Shown here: piece by piece, positions 26,172-34,705 of the stretch | How positions within the stretch are numbered: position 1 is the stretch's first letter | Layout of the letters: each line of letters starts with the position of its first letter | Source of the DNA: Acidimicrobiales bacterium | GTDB lineage: Bacteria; Actinomycetota; Acidimicrobiia; Acidimicrobiales; RAAP-2 | Direction: 5' to 3' | DNA: 43,835 nt | Assembly (NCBI GenBank): GCA_035602795.1 | Contig: DATNLP010000413.1 | Coordinates: forward strand, 1-43,835 | Notes under the pieces: model-generated | What the model was told of the DNA's origin: nothing | What the model saw: only the letters and a program-made list of their open reading frames with translations | Database searches by the model: none | Position numbers and translations under genes: made by a program

Positions 26172-28405
26172 CAGGCGGGAACCTCACCGCCGAGGAACAC
26201 GGCCCGAGCCAGGTCGTCATTCGCCATGAGGTCGGCGATGGCGCCCTCGAACCGGACCTGTCCCTTTTCGAGGAAGACCGCCCGGTCGGCGATGGCCGCT
26301 GCGACGTTGAGCGACTGCTCCACGATGATCATGGTGACGCCTTCGCTCTTCAGTCGCTCGACAACTGCGATGAGCTCCTGGACGACGACCGGCGCCAGCC
26401 CGAGCGAGAGCTCGTCGATCATGAGCACTTCGGGGTCGTGCAGCAACGCGATGGCGAGCGCGAGCATTTGCTGCTGGCCCCCGGACATGGTGTCGGCTCG
26501 ACGCCCTTTGGCCGCTTTCAAGGCTGGGAAGAGGGAGTACATCCGCTCGATGCGGCGCTCGAGGTCGGCCTGATCGCTCCGGTAGACGAAACCGCCCATC
26601 TCGAGATTCTCCCGAACTGTCATCTCGCCGAAGACGCCGCGGCCACCGGGCAGGAGGTGGATGCCGAGCTTGGCGCGCTGCTCCGGGGTCGAGTAGGTGA
26701 TGGTCCGTCCCTTCAGGCGCACGACCCCGCGGTCCGCCGTGACCAGCCCCGCGGCGACCCGCAGCGCAGTGGACTTGCCCGCCCCGTTGGTGCCGAGCAA
26801 GGCGAGCACCTCGCCTTTCTTGACCTCGAAGCTCACGCCGAAGAGAACCTGGACATGCCCGTAGCTGAAGTCGATGTTGTTCAGCTGAAGGGCCGGGATG
26901 GCGTCGGGGTTGTCCGCCTGCCGCTGGTGCTCCTCCTGCTCTTCCTGGAGCTCGAGGACGATCAGAGAGAGGTCGTTGCGGATGTAGTGCGAGCCCCGGA
27001 TGATCATGATCCCCCCGACGATGGTGGTGGGGATCATCAAGATGAGCACGGCGGCTCGGGGCCCGAAGGCCTGGTCGAGGCCGGCCGACAGGATGGCCCC
27101 GCCCGTGGCTCCGATGAAGAAGAGGTAGATGGAACCCACGGCGCCGGTGATCCCGCGCAAGTGGTACGGGGCGACCGAGGTGAGGACGGGTCCGACCATG
27201 GAGAACGCGCACATGGAGAGCACAGTGGCCAGGACCGAGAAGCAAGCCCACAGCACGGCGTTCGGCATGAAGTACTGGATCGGCACGATCACGGCGACCG
27301 GCAGGATGATCTTGCCGATGAGGGCCAAGGCCTTGGCGGGGTCGAGCCGGTACAGGCGGTCGTAGTAACGCCCCACGAAGGGCAGGGCGACGAGGACGCC
27401 CAGGCTGGCGAACGTCCCAACCAGGCCGCGCCGGAACGCATCGAGCCCGTACTGCTGCTTCAAGAAGAGGTTGCCGAGGACAGGAGCGGTGAAGAGGGCA
27501 AAGCCCATGGCGGTGAACCCAATCAGGACCATGCGGAGGGTGCGGATCCGCATGATGCGCGCCCACGCGGCCTCGAGCGAAGGCGGTATCGGCTTGGTGT
27601 CGTCGATCACCTCACCGAGCACATCGAGCTTCTCGTGCTGGCCTCGGGGAGGTTCCCGAAGACGGAAGGCAATGATGGCGACGACGATGACGGGAAGGCC
27701 GAGGATGTAGAAGGCCCAGCGCCAGCCGTTGGGCCCTCCAACCACGGTGGCGATGGTCCCGACCAGAACCGGACTGAGTGCCGTTGCGACCCCCGTCGCC
27801 ATGCCCATGGCAGAGAAGATCCGGCCCCGGAGGTTGATGGGATAGGTGTCGGCCAGCAGCGTGCCGTTGACCGCGTACGCGGAGGCCTGGGTGACACCCA
27901 CGCCGAAGCGGGCGAGGAAGAAGGTCAGGATGTTCGTGGCCAGCCCCGACAGGAACACCATGACGCCGAAGAACAGGGTGGCGAACCCGATGATGGGCGC
28001 TCGGCGGAAGCGATCAGCCATCCAGCCCATCGGCACGATGCCGATGACCAGGAAGCCTCCCGATATGCCGGCGACGAACACGATCACGCCGGAGCTCACG
28101 TGGAAGGACGCCTGGATGTTCGGGGCGAGGACGCCGAGGCCCGCACTCTGCAAGTTGTCGAGCGTGACGATGAGGGCCAGGATGACGAAGGTGGTGTATC
28201 CCGACTTGCGCAGGCCCTCGCGCAACGTGACGCGCTCTTCGCGCGTTCCCGGCAGGAGATCCTCCGGCAGCAGGATCTCTTCCGGTTTTCTCGTCGACTC
28301 CTGACGCTCCTGGGCAGTGTCGGCCACGAAGCGAGCTAGGTCCGTTGGGCTTCCGCTACCCGACGGTGCGGACGCCACCGAATCGGGATCCAGCGTGGCG
28401 CTCAC
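26171..28405 (-). CDS. Fusion of a 12-TM MFS-type membrane domain with a LivF-like ABC ATPase domain
   Basis: MFS motif A-like GWMADRFRRAPIIG and multiple TM helices, then an acidic linker (LELQEEQEEHQRQ), then LQLNNIDFSYGHVQVL, GTNGAGKST, MSGGQQQMLALA, LMIDELSLGL. The stop overlaps the next gene's ATG (ATGA). The start is uncertain: GTG at 28405 follows GGTGAGGACGAGG, while the ORF maximum of 28666 would overlap the upstream pseudogene. Confidence 0.85.
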   Translation of the reverse strand: MSATLDPDSVASAPSGSGSPTDLARFVADTAQERQESTRKPEEILLPEDLLPGTREERVTLREGLRKSGYTTFVILALIVTLDNLQSAGLGVLAPNIQASFHVSSGVIVFVAGISGGFLVIGIVPMGWMADRFRRAPIIGFATLFFGVMVFLSGLATNILTFFLARFGVGVTQASAYAVNGTLLADTYPINLRGRIFSAMGMATGVATALSPVLVGTIATVVGGPNGWRWAFYILGLPVIVVAIIAFRLREPPRGQHEKLDVLGEVIDDTKPIPPSLEAAWARIMRIRTLRMVLIGFTAMGFALFTAPVLGNLFLKQQYGLDAFRRGLVGTFASLGVLVALPFVGRYYDRLYRLDPAKALALIGKIILPVAVIVPIQYFMPNAVLWACFSVLATVLSMCAFSMVGPVLTSVAPYHLRGITGAVGSIYLFFIGATGGAILSAGLDQAFGPRAAVLILMIPTTIVGGIMIIRGSHYIRNDLSLIVLELQEEQEEHQRQADNPDAIPALQLNNIDFSYGHVQVLFGVSFEVKKGEVLALLGTNGAGKSTALRVAAGLVTADRGVVRLKGRTITYSTPEQRAKLGIHLLPGGRGVFGEMTVRENLEMGGFVYRSDQADLERRIERMYSLFPALKAAKGRRADTMSGGQQQMLALAIALLHDPEVLMIDELSLGLAPVVVQELIAVVERLKSEGVTMIIVEQSLNVAAAIADRAVFLEKGQVRFEGAIADLMANDDLARAVFLGGEVPA

Positions 28406-28550
28406 GCGAGTTCGGACCTCGTCCTCACCGGACCTACCACCCTCCCACTCGGACCTGCACGAGGGGCACTCTACGCCTTTGTTACCGCTAACGGCACGTG
28501 GCTCAACCGAACAAGCGACTGACACGGACGTCAGCCTGAAGGCCCAACAC

Positions 28551-29712
28551 CTACGGGGTGGCCGACTTGGTCGAGAAGACCAGTTGATTGGTGGCGGCGT
28601 CGTACTTGCCGACAAGAACTGGTCCGATCGCGTCGGCCTGTCCGGGTCCGAACGAGACCGGCCCACCCGATCCGGGGAACGTGACGTTCCGGAGCCCGTA
28701 CCCCGCCTTGGTGAAGCTGGCGACGGTCAGGTTCTTCCCGGCCGCCTTGGCGATCGCAGCAAACATGGCGACGTTTTGACACGCGGACTCGGCCGACACA
28801 TAGCTGTGGTCCTGGCTGTTGGACGTCGCGCTGGGGGTGGCGATCTCGTCGGTGGGATACGCCTTTTTGATGATGCTGATGCACTTCTGGACGGCGGGTT
28901 CGCTGAACTCCTGCAGACTCGTGACCGTCCCCGTGGACGTGGTCAGCGTCTTGAGGAACGGTCTTTGCCCGCTGGGTCCGCCAGACAGAGTCCCCAAGAG
29001 AGCCGAAGAGTCCAAGGCGACCCAGGGCGGGTTGTAGGTCGCTTGGGTCTCGGCCAGACCAGCGGGCCAACCCGATGATGCCGAGGCAACCGCGACGACC
29101 TCGATTACCCCGGCACTCTGGAAGCGATTGATGATGATCTGGTCCTGAGCGATGATCGCTGACTGGTCACCGGCCGGAGCCGAATTGACCGCGGATTGGA
29201 CGACGTTCACGTGCAGTTTCTTCAACGTGGCGATGTCCGCGGTGACTTGGCCCTGGTCGGCCGTCACGCCGCCCACGACGACGACCTTCTTCCCCTTGAA
29301 ATCGCCCAGCTTGTTGAAGACCGCAAGCTGGACCGGGTCGTAGGCCGTGGCGGGAGGCGTCAGCGTGAAGTTGGCTGCGCTCGGTCCCCGTGATGGAGCC
29401 TTCGATGGTGGCGTTGGGCGTCGGCGTGTCGTGATTCACGAGATAGCAGTTCGGTTCGTAGGGTGACATGGCCACAAAGATTGAGTCATCCCCCGTCAAC
29501 GTGGTGCAGACCGAGTCCACGCCCACTGTGCCGTGGCCAAGTTCACGGGCTCGAAGTAGGCCACGATCTTTCGACCGTCGATGCCACCGTGGGCGTTCAA
29601 GTCGGCGATGAGGGCGCCGTTGGCATCGGGCCAGCTCCCCTGGGTGAGCTTCGAGCAGCGCGACCATCGTCACGGCCGCGGTCCCGGTGGCGAATCCAAT
29701 CCGCTTCGACAT
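28551..29712 (-). pseudogene. Decayed Liv-type substrate-binding protein gene (at least 3 frameshifts plus loss of the N-terminal beta-strand region)
   Basis: Homology to the 7791..9089 protein is spread over three frames. Signal peptide MSKRIGFATGTAAVTMVALL is in one frame. LTQGSWPDANGALIADLNAHGGIDGRKIVAYFEPVNL is in a second. DSVCTTLTGDDSIFVAMSPYEPNCYLVNHDTP is back in the first. GPSAANFTLTPPATAYDPVQLAVFNKLGDFKGKKVVVVGG... through to the stop is in a third (ORF 28551..29276). One shift lies at a C4/G4 run (29386..29389). Confidence 0.7.
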
Positions 29713-29828
29713 GGTGTGCGCTCCCCTTGGCGGCGGTGTGCCGCTGCGCTGCTGCCCCGCACCGCCCTCCACGGCCGGTCGCTGCCTGTCTCGGAAGTGT
29801 CGAAGTTTGACACATCCCCGCTCTCTCC

Positions 29829-29842
29829 TGCAAAGCTTTGCA
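29829..29842. promoter_or_regulatory. Perfect 14-bp palindrome TGCAAAGCTTTGCA (site 1), candidate LacI-type operator
   Basis: Read directly; it is self-complementary. Lies in the divergent region between the fused-ABC operon and uxaC. Confidence 0.6.
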
Positions 29843-29860
29843 CCGAGGCCAGGCCGGGGG

Positions 29861-29876
29861 TTTTACAACTGTAAAA
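29861..29876. promoter_or_regulatory. Inverted repeat TTTTACA-AC-TGTAAAA
   Basis: 7-bp perfect arms with a 2-bp spacer, located between the two 14-bp palindromes. It overlaps the candidate minus-strand -10 hexamer. Confidence 0.4.
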
Positions 29877-29897
29877 GCGTAAGGCCGCAATTCGCAA
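29868..29897 (-). promoter_or_regulatory. Candidate sigma-70/SigA-like promoter for the minus-strand ABC operon (-35 TTGCGA, 18-nt spacer, -10 TACAGT)
   Basis: The minus strand reads TTGCGA-attgcggccttacgcttt-TACAGT. Identified by eye only, in the most AT-rich part of the region. Confidence 0.3.
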
Positions 29898-29946
29898 TCC
29901 TCAGGTGCAAAATCTGCCAAATTCAGTCCCAATGTGGCGGATCCCG

Positions 29947-31377
29947 GTGAGCTGTGCAAAGCTTTGCAGCACCGTGCACGAAGACCGTCTCTTCCCGTCT
30001 GATCCAGACGTGCGCAGAGTTGCGCGCACCATTTACGAGGGAACACGATTTCTCCCGATCATCAGTCCTCATGGCCACTGCGACCCCTCCGTCCTGGCCG
30101 ATGACGCTGGCTTAGGCGACCCGGCAGCCGAGTTGGTGACCAAGGACCACTATCTCCTCCGGCTCCTCTACAGTCAGGGTACGCCGCTCGAAGCCTTAGG
30201 TGTCGTCGCCCTGGACGACACTCCCACGGAGGTGGACGGCCGCCGCATTTGGCGGCGGCTAGCCGAGAACTACGACCTCTTCCGTGGCACGCCTTCCCGA
30301 TTGTGGCTCGACTACACCCTTTCGGAGGTCCTGGGGGTGACCGAGCCCCTGCGAGCTGAGTCATCAGACGACATCTACGAGCAGATCACGAACCGTCTCG
30401 GCTGGGACGATTATCGCGCTCGCTCGCTGTACGAGCGCTTCGGTATCGAGTTTCTGGCAACGACCGACGGTGCCGCCGCCAATCTCGATGCCCACGCCCG
30501 GATCCGGCAATCCGACTGGCCCGGTCGCGTCGTACCAACCTTCCGCCCGGACGATGTGATCGACGTGGAGCGGGGCGACTTCCGGGACAACCTTCGCCGG
30601 CTGGCCGAGTTGACGGACACCGACACCGCAACCTGGCCCGGCTACCTCGACGCGCTGCGCCTGAGGCGCCGGCAATTCATTGAAGCCGGCGCCACGGCGT
30701 CCGATCACGGGCACCCATCGGCGGCCACCGCTGATCTCCAGCCGTCCGAGAAGGAGCGTCTCTTCACCCGCGTCGCGAAAGACAACGCAGAACCCGGAGA
30801 CGCCGAGTTGTTCCGCGCCCAGATGCTGACCGAAATGGTTGCCATGAGCCTGGACGACGGGCTCGTCATGCAACTCCACGTCGGTTCTTGGCGCGATCAC
30901 AACCCGCTCCTGGCGGCGCGCTTCGGACGTGACATCGGAGCAGACATGCCCAAGCCGGCCGACTTCGTGGCGTCGCTCAAGCCAATGCTCGACCGGTTCG
31001 GAAACGAGCCCGACCTGACGATCGTCATCTACACACTGGACGAAACAACCTACGGGCGTGAGTTGGCACCAATGGCCGGGCACTACCCTGTTCTGCGGCT
31101 CGGCCCGCCGTGGTGGTTCTACGACAGCCCACAGGGCATGCGGCGGTTCTACGACCAGGTCGTGGAAACGGCGGGGTTCTCCAACCTGGTGGGATTCAAT
31201 GACGACGCCCGATCCCTGCTGACGATACCGGCCAGGCACGACGTTGCCCGGAGGATCAATGCCGGCTTCCTGGCCGGGTTGGTCACCGAGCACCGCATGG
31301 ACGAGAGAGACGCGGCGGAAATTGCCTCCGACCTGGCATACGGGCTGGCGCGACGTGCGTTTCGCGTTGCAACGTGA
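29947..31377 (+). CDS. uxaC: Glucuronate isomerase (uronate isomerase)
   Basis: HEDRLFPSDPDVRRVARTIYEGTRFLPIISPHGHCDP is the classic UxaC N-terminus, and the length is about 470 aa. The start is ambiguous: GTG 29947 (with GGCGGA 6 nt upstream), GTG 29974, or ATG 29932. Confidence 0.9.
   Translation: MSCAKLCSTVHEDRLFPSDPDVRRVARTIYEGTRFLPIISPHGHCDPSVLADDAGLGDPAAELVTKDHYLLRLLYSQGTPLEALGVVALDDTPTEVDGRRIWRRLAENYDLFRGTPSRLWLDYTLSEVLGVTEPLRAESSDDIYEQITNRLGWDDYRARSLYERFGIEFLATTDGAAANLDAHARIRQSDWPGRVVPTFRPDDVIDVERGDFRDNLRRLAELTDTDTATWPGYLDALRLRRRQFIEAGATASDHGHPSAATADLQPSEKERLFTRVAKDNAEPGDAELFRAQMLTEMVAMSLDDGLVMQLHVGSWRDHNPLLAARFGRDIGADMPKPADFVASLKPMLDRFGNEPDLTIVIYTLDETTYGRELAPMAGHYPVLRLGPPWWFYDSPQGMRRFYDQVVETAGFSNLVGFNDDARSLLTIPARHDVARRINAGFLAGLVTEHRMDERDAAEIASDLAYGLARRAFRVAT
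29955..29968. promoter_or_regulatory. Perfect 14-bp palindrome TGCAAAGCTTTGCA (site 2), candidate LacI-type operator
   Basis: Identical to site 1, with centres exactly 126 bp apart. It overlaps or abuts the uxaC translation start (candidates 29947 and 29974). Confidence 0.6.
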
Positions 31378-31898
31378 CGGCGGTCGTCCTCGTGGGCCTC
31401 ATGGGAGCGGGAAAGTCCTCCGTCGGCTCGGTGGTCGCGGCCCGCATGGGCGTGACGTTCGTCGATGTCGATGTCGCCATTGTCGGAGGGACCGGAAAGA
31501 CAGTGCGCGAGCTCTGGGAGCAAGGCGGTGAGCCGGCTTACCGATACCTGGAGTCGAAAGTCGTGCTCGACACGTTGGCCGAAGAGCGGGACGTGGTCCT
31601 GGCGGCGCCCGGCGGCGTCGTCCTCGACCCGGCGGTGCGGGCCGCCCTGGCCGATGCCTTTGTGGTCTGGCTCCGCACCGATCCGGCAACCCTCGCGAGT
31701 CGTGTGCGACTCGACGACCATCGTCCGTTGTTGGGCGCGCACCCCCGGGACGTGCTCACCACCATGGAACATGAGCGTTCCGGGGTTTACGAAGGACTTG
31801 CCGATCTCGTGATCGACACCGATCACGAAGATGTCGAGACGATCGCCGGCCGCATCGTCAGAGCGCTCGACGACCGGACATCGCCCGGCCGACCGTAG
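31374..31898 (+). CDS. Shikimate-kinase-family (AroK-like) P-loop kinase, paralogue embedded in the uronate operon
   Basis: VLVGLMGAGKSSVG (P-loop), FVDVDVAI..TGKTV.ELW...GEPAYRYLE, VLAAPGGVV (AroK has TGGG), HRPLL. 174 aa. GTGA overlap with the uxaC stop. Confidence 0.85.
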   Translation: MTAVVLVGLMGAGKSSVGSVVAARMGVTFVDVDVAIVGGTGKTVRELWEQGGEPAYRYLESKVVLDTLAEERDVVLAAPGGVVLDPAVRAALADAFVVWLRTDPATLASRVRLDDHRPLLGAHPRDVLTTMEHERSGVYEGLADLVIDTDHEDVETIAGRIVRALDDRTSPGRP

Positions 31899-31918
31899 AC
31901 AGGCAAAAGGGGAGAATC

Positions 31919-33703
31919 ATGCTCCGACCTCAGGATAACGCGAGACGAGAAGCACGACGCCTCGACGGCCTCTGGGATTTCGCGGTGGACACCCAGGGCG
32001 TAGGCCGCGATAAGGGTTGGTGGCGGGGGCCATTGGCCAATGCGACCCCCATGCCCGTTCCCAGTAGTTACAACGACATTCTCGTCGACCCGGCCGTCCA
32101 CGAACACGTGGGTGACGTCTGGTACCAGCGCACCGTCTTCGCCCCCCGTGGCTGGGACGGTCAACGGGTCGTCCTCCGGTTCGACGCAGCGACCCACCGA
32201 GCCAGCGTATGGGTCGACGACACGCACGTCGTTTCACACGAGGGTGGCTACACGCCCTTCGAGGCGGACATCACCGACGCCATCGAACCGGGGATCGAGG
32301 CCCGTCTCACCGTTGCAGTCAACAACGAGCTCACGTGGCACTCGATCCCCCCGGGGATCGTCGAAGTGATGCCCGGCGGTCAGCGACGTCAACGCCAGTA
32401 CCACGACTTCTTCAACTATGCCGGGCTCAATCGGGGAGTCTGGCTGTACTCGACCGCGCGCTCGCACATTGCTGACGTGGCCGTCATCACCGACATTGAA
32501 GATGGAATCGGCATCGTCGGATACTCCACAGTCATCGATGAACCGGGAGCCACGACGGTCAAGGTGCAGCTCCTGGACGCAGAGGGCGCCACGGTGGCGG
32601 CGGCGACCGGTGACGAGGGCGAGCTGCAGGTCAGCCCTCCCCACCTCTGGCAACCCCGAAACGCTTATCTCTACGAGTTCCGGGTCGACCTGATGGACGG
32701 AGAGGACCTGATCGATCGCTACGTGCTGCCGGTGGGGATCCGAACCGTGCGGGTCGAGGAATCCCGGTTCCTGATCAACGACGAGCCGTTCTATTTTCGT
32801 GGGTTCGGGATGCACGAAGACCTCAACGTGCGCGGACGTGGGCATGACGATGCATCGACCGTCCACGACTTCGCGCTCTTGCGTTGGCTCGGAGCCAACT
32901 CGTTCCGGACGTCCCACTACCCCTACGCAGAGGAGGTCCTCGACCTGGCCGACCAGCTCGGCATCGTTGTCATCGACGAGACGGCCGCGGTCGGCCTAAA
33001 CCTCGGCGTCGGCGGAGGCCTCTTCCTCGGTGGTTCCAAGACGACGTTCTCCGAGGAGACCATTGGTTCCGCGACCCAGGCCACGCACCGCCGAGCCATC
33101 GAGGAGTTGATCGCTCGCGACAAGAACCACCCGTGCGTCGTGCTCTGGAGCCTGGCCAACGAGCCCGAATCCCACACCGATGAGGCGCGCGTCTACTTCG
33201 AGCCGCTGTTCGATCTGGCCCGGAAGTCCGATCCCACTCGGCCGGTCGGATTCGTCAACATGATGTTCGCCCAGCCTGACGCCTGCAAAGTCAGCGAGCT
33301 GGCCGACGTCGTCATGATCAATCGGTACTACGGGTGGTACGTCGAACCCGGAGACCTGGTCGCCGCGGAGCGCGGCCTCGAGCGCGAGCTGTTGGCCTGG
33401 GTTGACCGCCACGGCAAGCCGATCATCGTCACCGAATACGGCGCCGACGCGATGCCGGGACTGCACACACTCGATGCAGTTGTTTGGAGCGAGGAATATC
33501 AAGCGGCTCTTCTCGACACGTATCACCGTGTTTTCGACCGCATCGACGGCGTGGTCGGGGAGCAGGTCTGGAATTTTGCCGACTTCGCCACCCCGCCGTC
33601 GTTCATGCGAGTCGACGGCAACAAGAAGGGCGTGTTTACCCGCGACCGCCACCCGAAGGCGGCCGCGCACCATTTGCGCCGGCGCTGGCTCGCCTCTTCG
33701 TGA
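31919..33703 (+). CDS. uidA: Beta-glucuronidase (GH2)
   Basis: MLRPQDNARREARRLDGLWDF...VVLRFDAATHRASVWVDD...HEGGYTPFEADIT closely parallels E. coli GUS. Acid/base WSLANEPES and nucleophile IVTEYGAD motifs are present. Confidence 0.93.
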   Translation: MLRPQDNARREARRLDGLWDFAVDTQGVGRDKGWWRGPLANATPMPVPSSYNDILVDPAVHEHVGDVWYQRTVFAPRGWDGQRVVLRFDAATHRASVWVDDTHVVSHEGGYTPFEADITDAIEPGIEARLTVAVNNELTWHSIPPGIVEVMPGGQRRQRQYHDFFNYAGLNRGVWLYSTARSHIADVAVITDIEDGIGIVGYSTVIDEPGATTVKVQLLDAEGATVAAATGDEGELQVSPPHLWQPRNAYLYEFRVDLMDGEDLIDRYVLPVGIRTVRVEESRFLINDEPFYFRGFGMHEDLNVRGRGHDDASTVHDFALLRWLGANSFRTSHYPYAEEVLDLADQLGIVVIDETAAVGLNLGVGGGLFLGGSKTTFSEETIGSATQATHRRAIEELIARDKNHPCVVLWSLANEPESHTDEARVYFEPLFDLARKSDPTRPVGFVNMMFAQPDACKVSELADVVMINRYYGWYVEPGDLVAAERGLERELLAWVDRHGKPIIVTEYGADAMPGLHTLDAVVWSEEYQAALLDTYHRVFDRIDGVVGEQVWNFADFATPPSFMRVDGNKKGVFTRDRHPKAAAHHLRRRWLASS

Positions 33704-34700
33704 CCTTGCCAGTGGATTCCCGGGGGACGAACGTGCCGAACAGCTCGGTGGTCGGGGTCCCCTCACCCTGGAACAGCTCCACAGCGGCTACGCCGGCCTC
33801 GTCGGTCGGCAGACGAATAGTGGTCAAGGGCGGTGCGACCATGGCCGCCATGGGCACGTCATCGAACCCGATCACACTGATGTCGCCCGGGACCGAGACA
33901 CCAAGACGAGCGAGGCCGGCAATGACCCCCAGCGCCATCTGGTCGTTGAACGCCATGAGAGCCGTGGTGCCGCTGTCCAGGACTCGCGGCACGGCGTCGA
34001 ACGCCGCCTCGAAGGTCGGGGCCGGCGTGTCGATCATCCGGACCTGCATGCCGACCGGGCCACTGGTCTTGCGCACCGCTGCACGGCGTTCGCCAGCGGC
34101 CCACGAGCTGGTCGGCCCCCCCAAGAAGACCAGGTCCCGGTGCCCGAGGGTGGCGAGATGGATGAGCGCCTCGTGAACGGCCGGCGCACTCCGCAACAAC
34201 ACCGAGGCGTGACCGCGAACGGGACGCTGCACGAACACCGCCGGCATGGAGCCGAGGGCCTCAAGTTCGCGGTGGAGGCGCCTCGGGGACATGACGACGA
34301 ACCCGTCGACGTCGTGGGCCAGGGCTCGGGCAACCTTGACCTCTTCCCTCGGGTGCTCGCCGGTGTCCGCGAGAAGTACCTGCAACTCGGACTCGCGGGC
34401 GGTGCGCTCGACAGCACGAACCATGGAGCCGAAGTAGGGATTTGTGATGTCCGGAACGATCACGGCGATGTTGCCCGTGCGCCCGGTCTTCATCACCCGT
34501 GCCGCACGGTTCGGTACAAATCCGAGCTGCTCCACCGCGCGTTCGACCCGCACGCGCGTCGCCGGGGCGACCTTCTCCGGTCGGGTCAGCGCACGAGACA
34601 CGGTTGCCGGGTGCACCTTGGCGCGAGCGGCCACGTCGAGGATCGTGACGCGTCTCGGAGTCCCCACAGGCACCGACGTTACACGCCGGACCACGAGCAT
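33636..34700 (-). CDS. LacI family transcriptional regulator
   Basis: VTILDVAARAKVHPATVSRALTRPEKVAPATRVRVERAVEQLGFVPNRAAR (HTH) followed by a PBP-like effector domain. The 3' end overlaps the uidA 3' end convergently (33636..33703). Alternative GTG starts lie at 34673 and 34667. Confidence 0.88.
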   Translation of the reverse strand: MLVVRRVTSVPVGTPRRVTILDVAARAKVHPATVSRALTRPEKVAPATRVRVERAVEQLGFVPNRAARVMKTGRTGNIAVIVPDITNPYFGSMVRAVERTARESELQVLLADTGEHPREEVKVARALAHDVDGFVVMSPRRLHRELEALGSMPAVFVQRPVRGHASVLLRSAPAVHEALIHLATLGHRDLVFLGGPTSSWAAGERRAAVRKTSGPVGMQVRMIDTPAPTFEAAFDAVPRVLDSGTTALMAFNDQMALGVIAGLARLGVSVPGDISVIGFDDVPMAAMVAPPLTTIRLPTDEAGVAAVELFQGEGTPTTELFGTFVPRESTGKVTKRRASAGANGARPPSGGGRG

Positions 34701-34705
34701 CGATC

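Noticed and set aside
28551-29712. Programmed ribosomal frameshifting as an explanation for the split binding-protein gene.
   Set aside because: At least three separate shifts plus an N-terminal deletion are needed to reconstruct the protein, and no slippery-site or pseudoknot logic is evident. Decay is more parsimonious, with sequencing error at homopolymers as the alternative.
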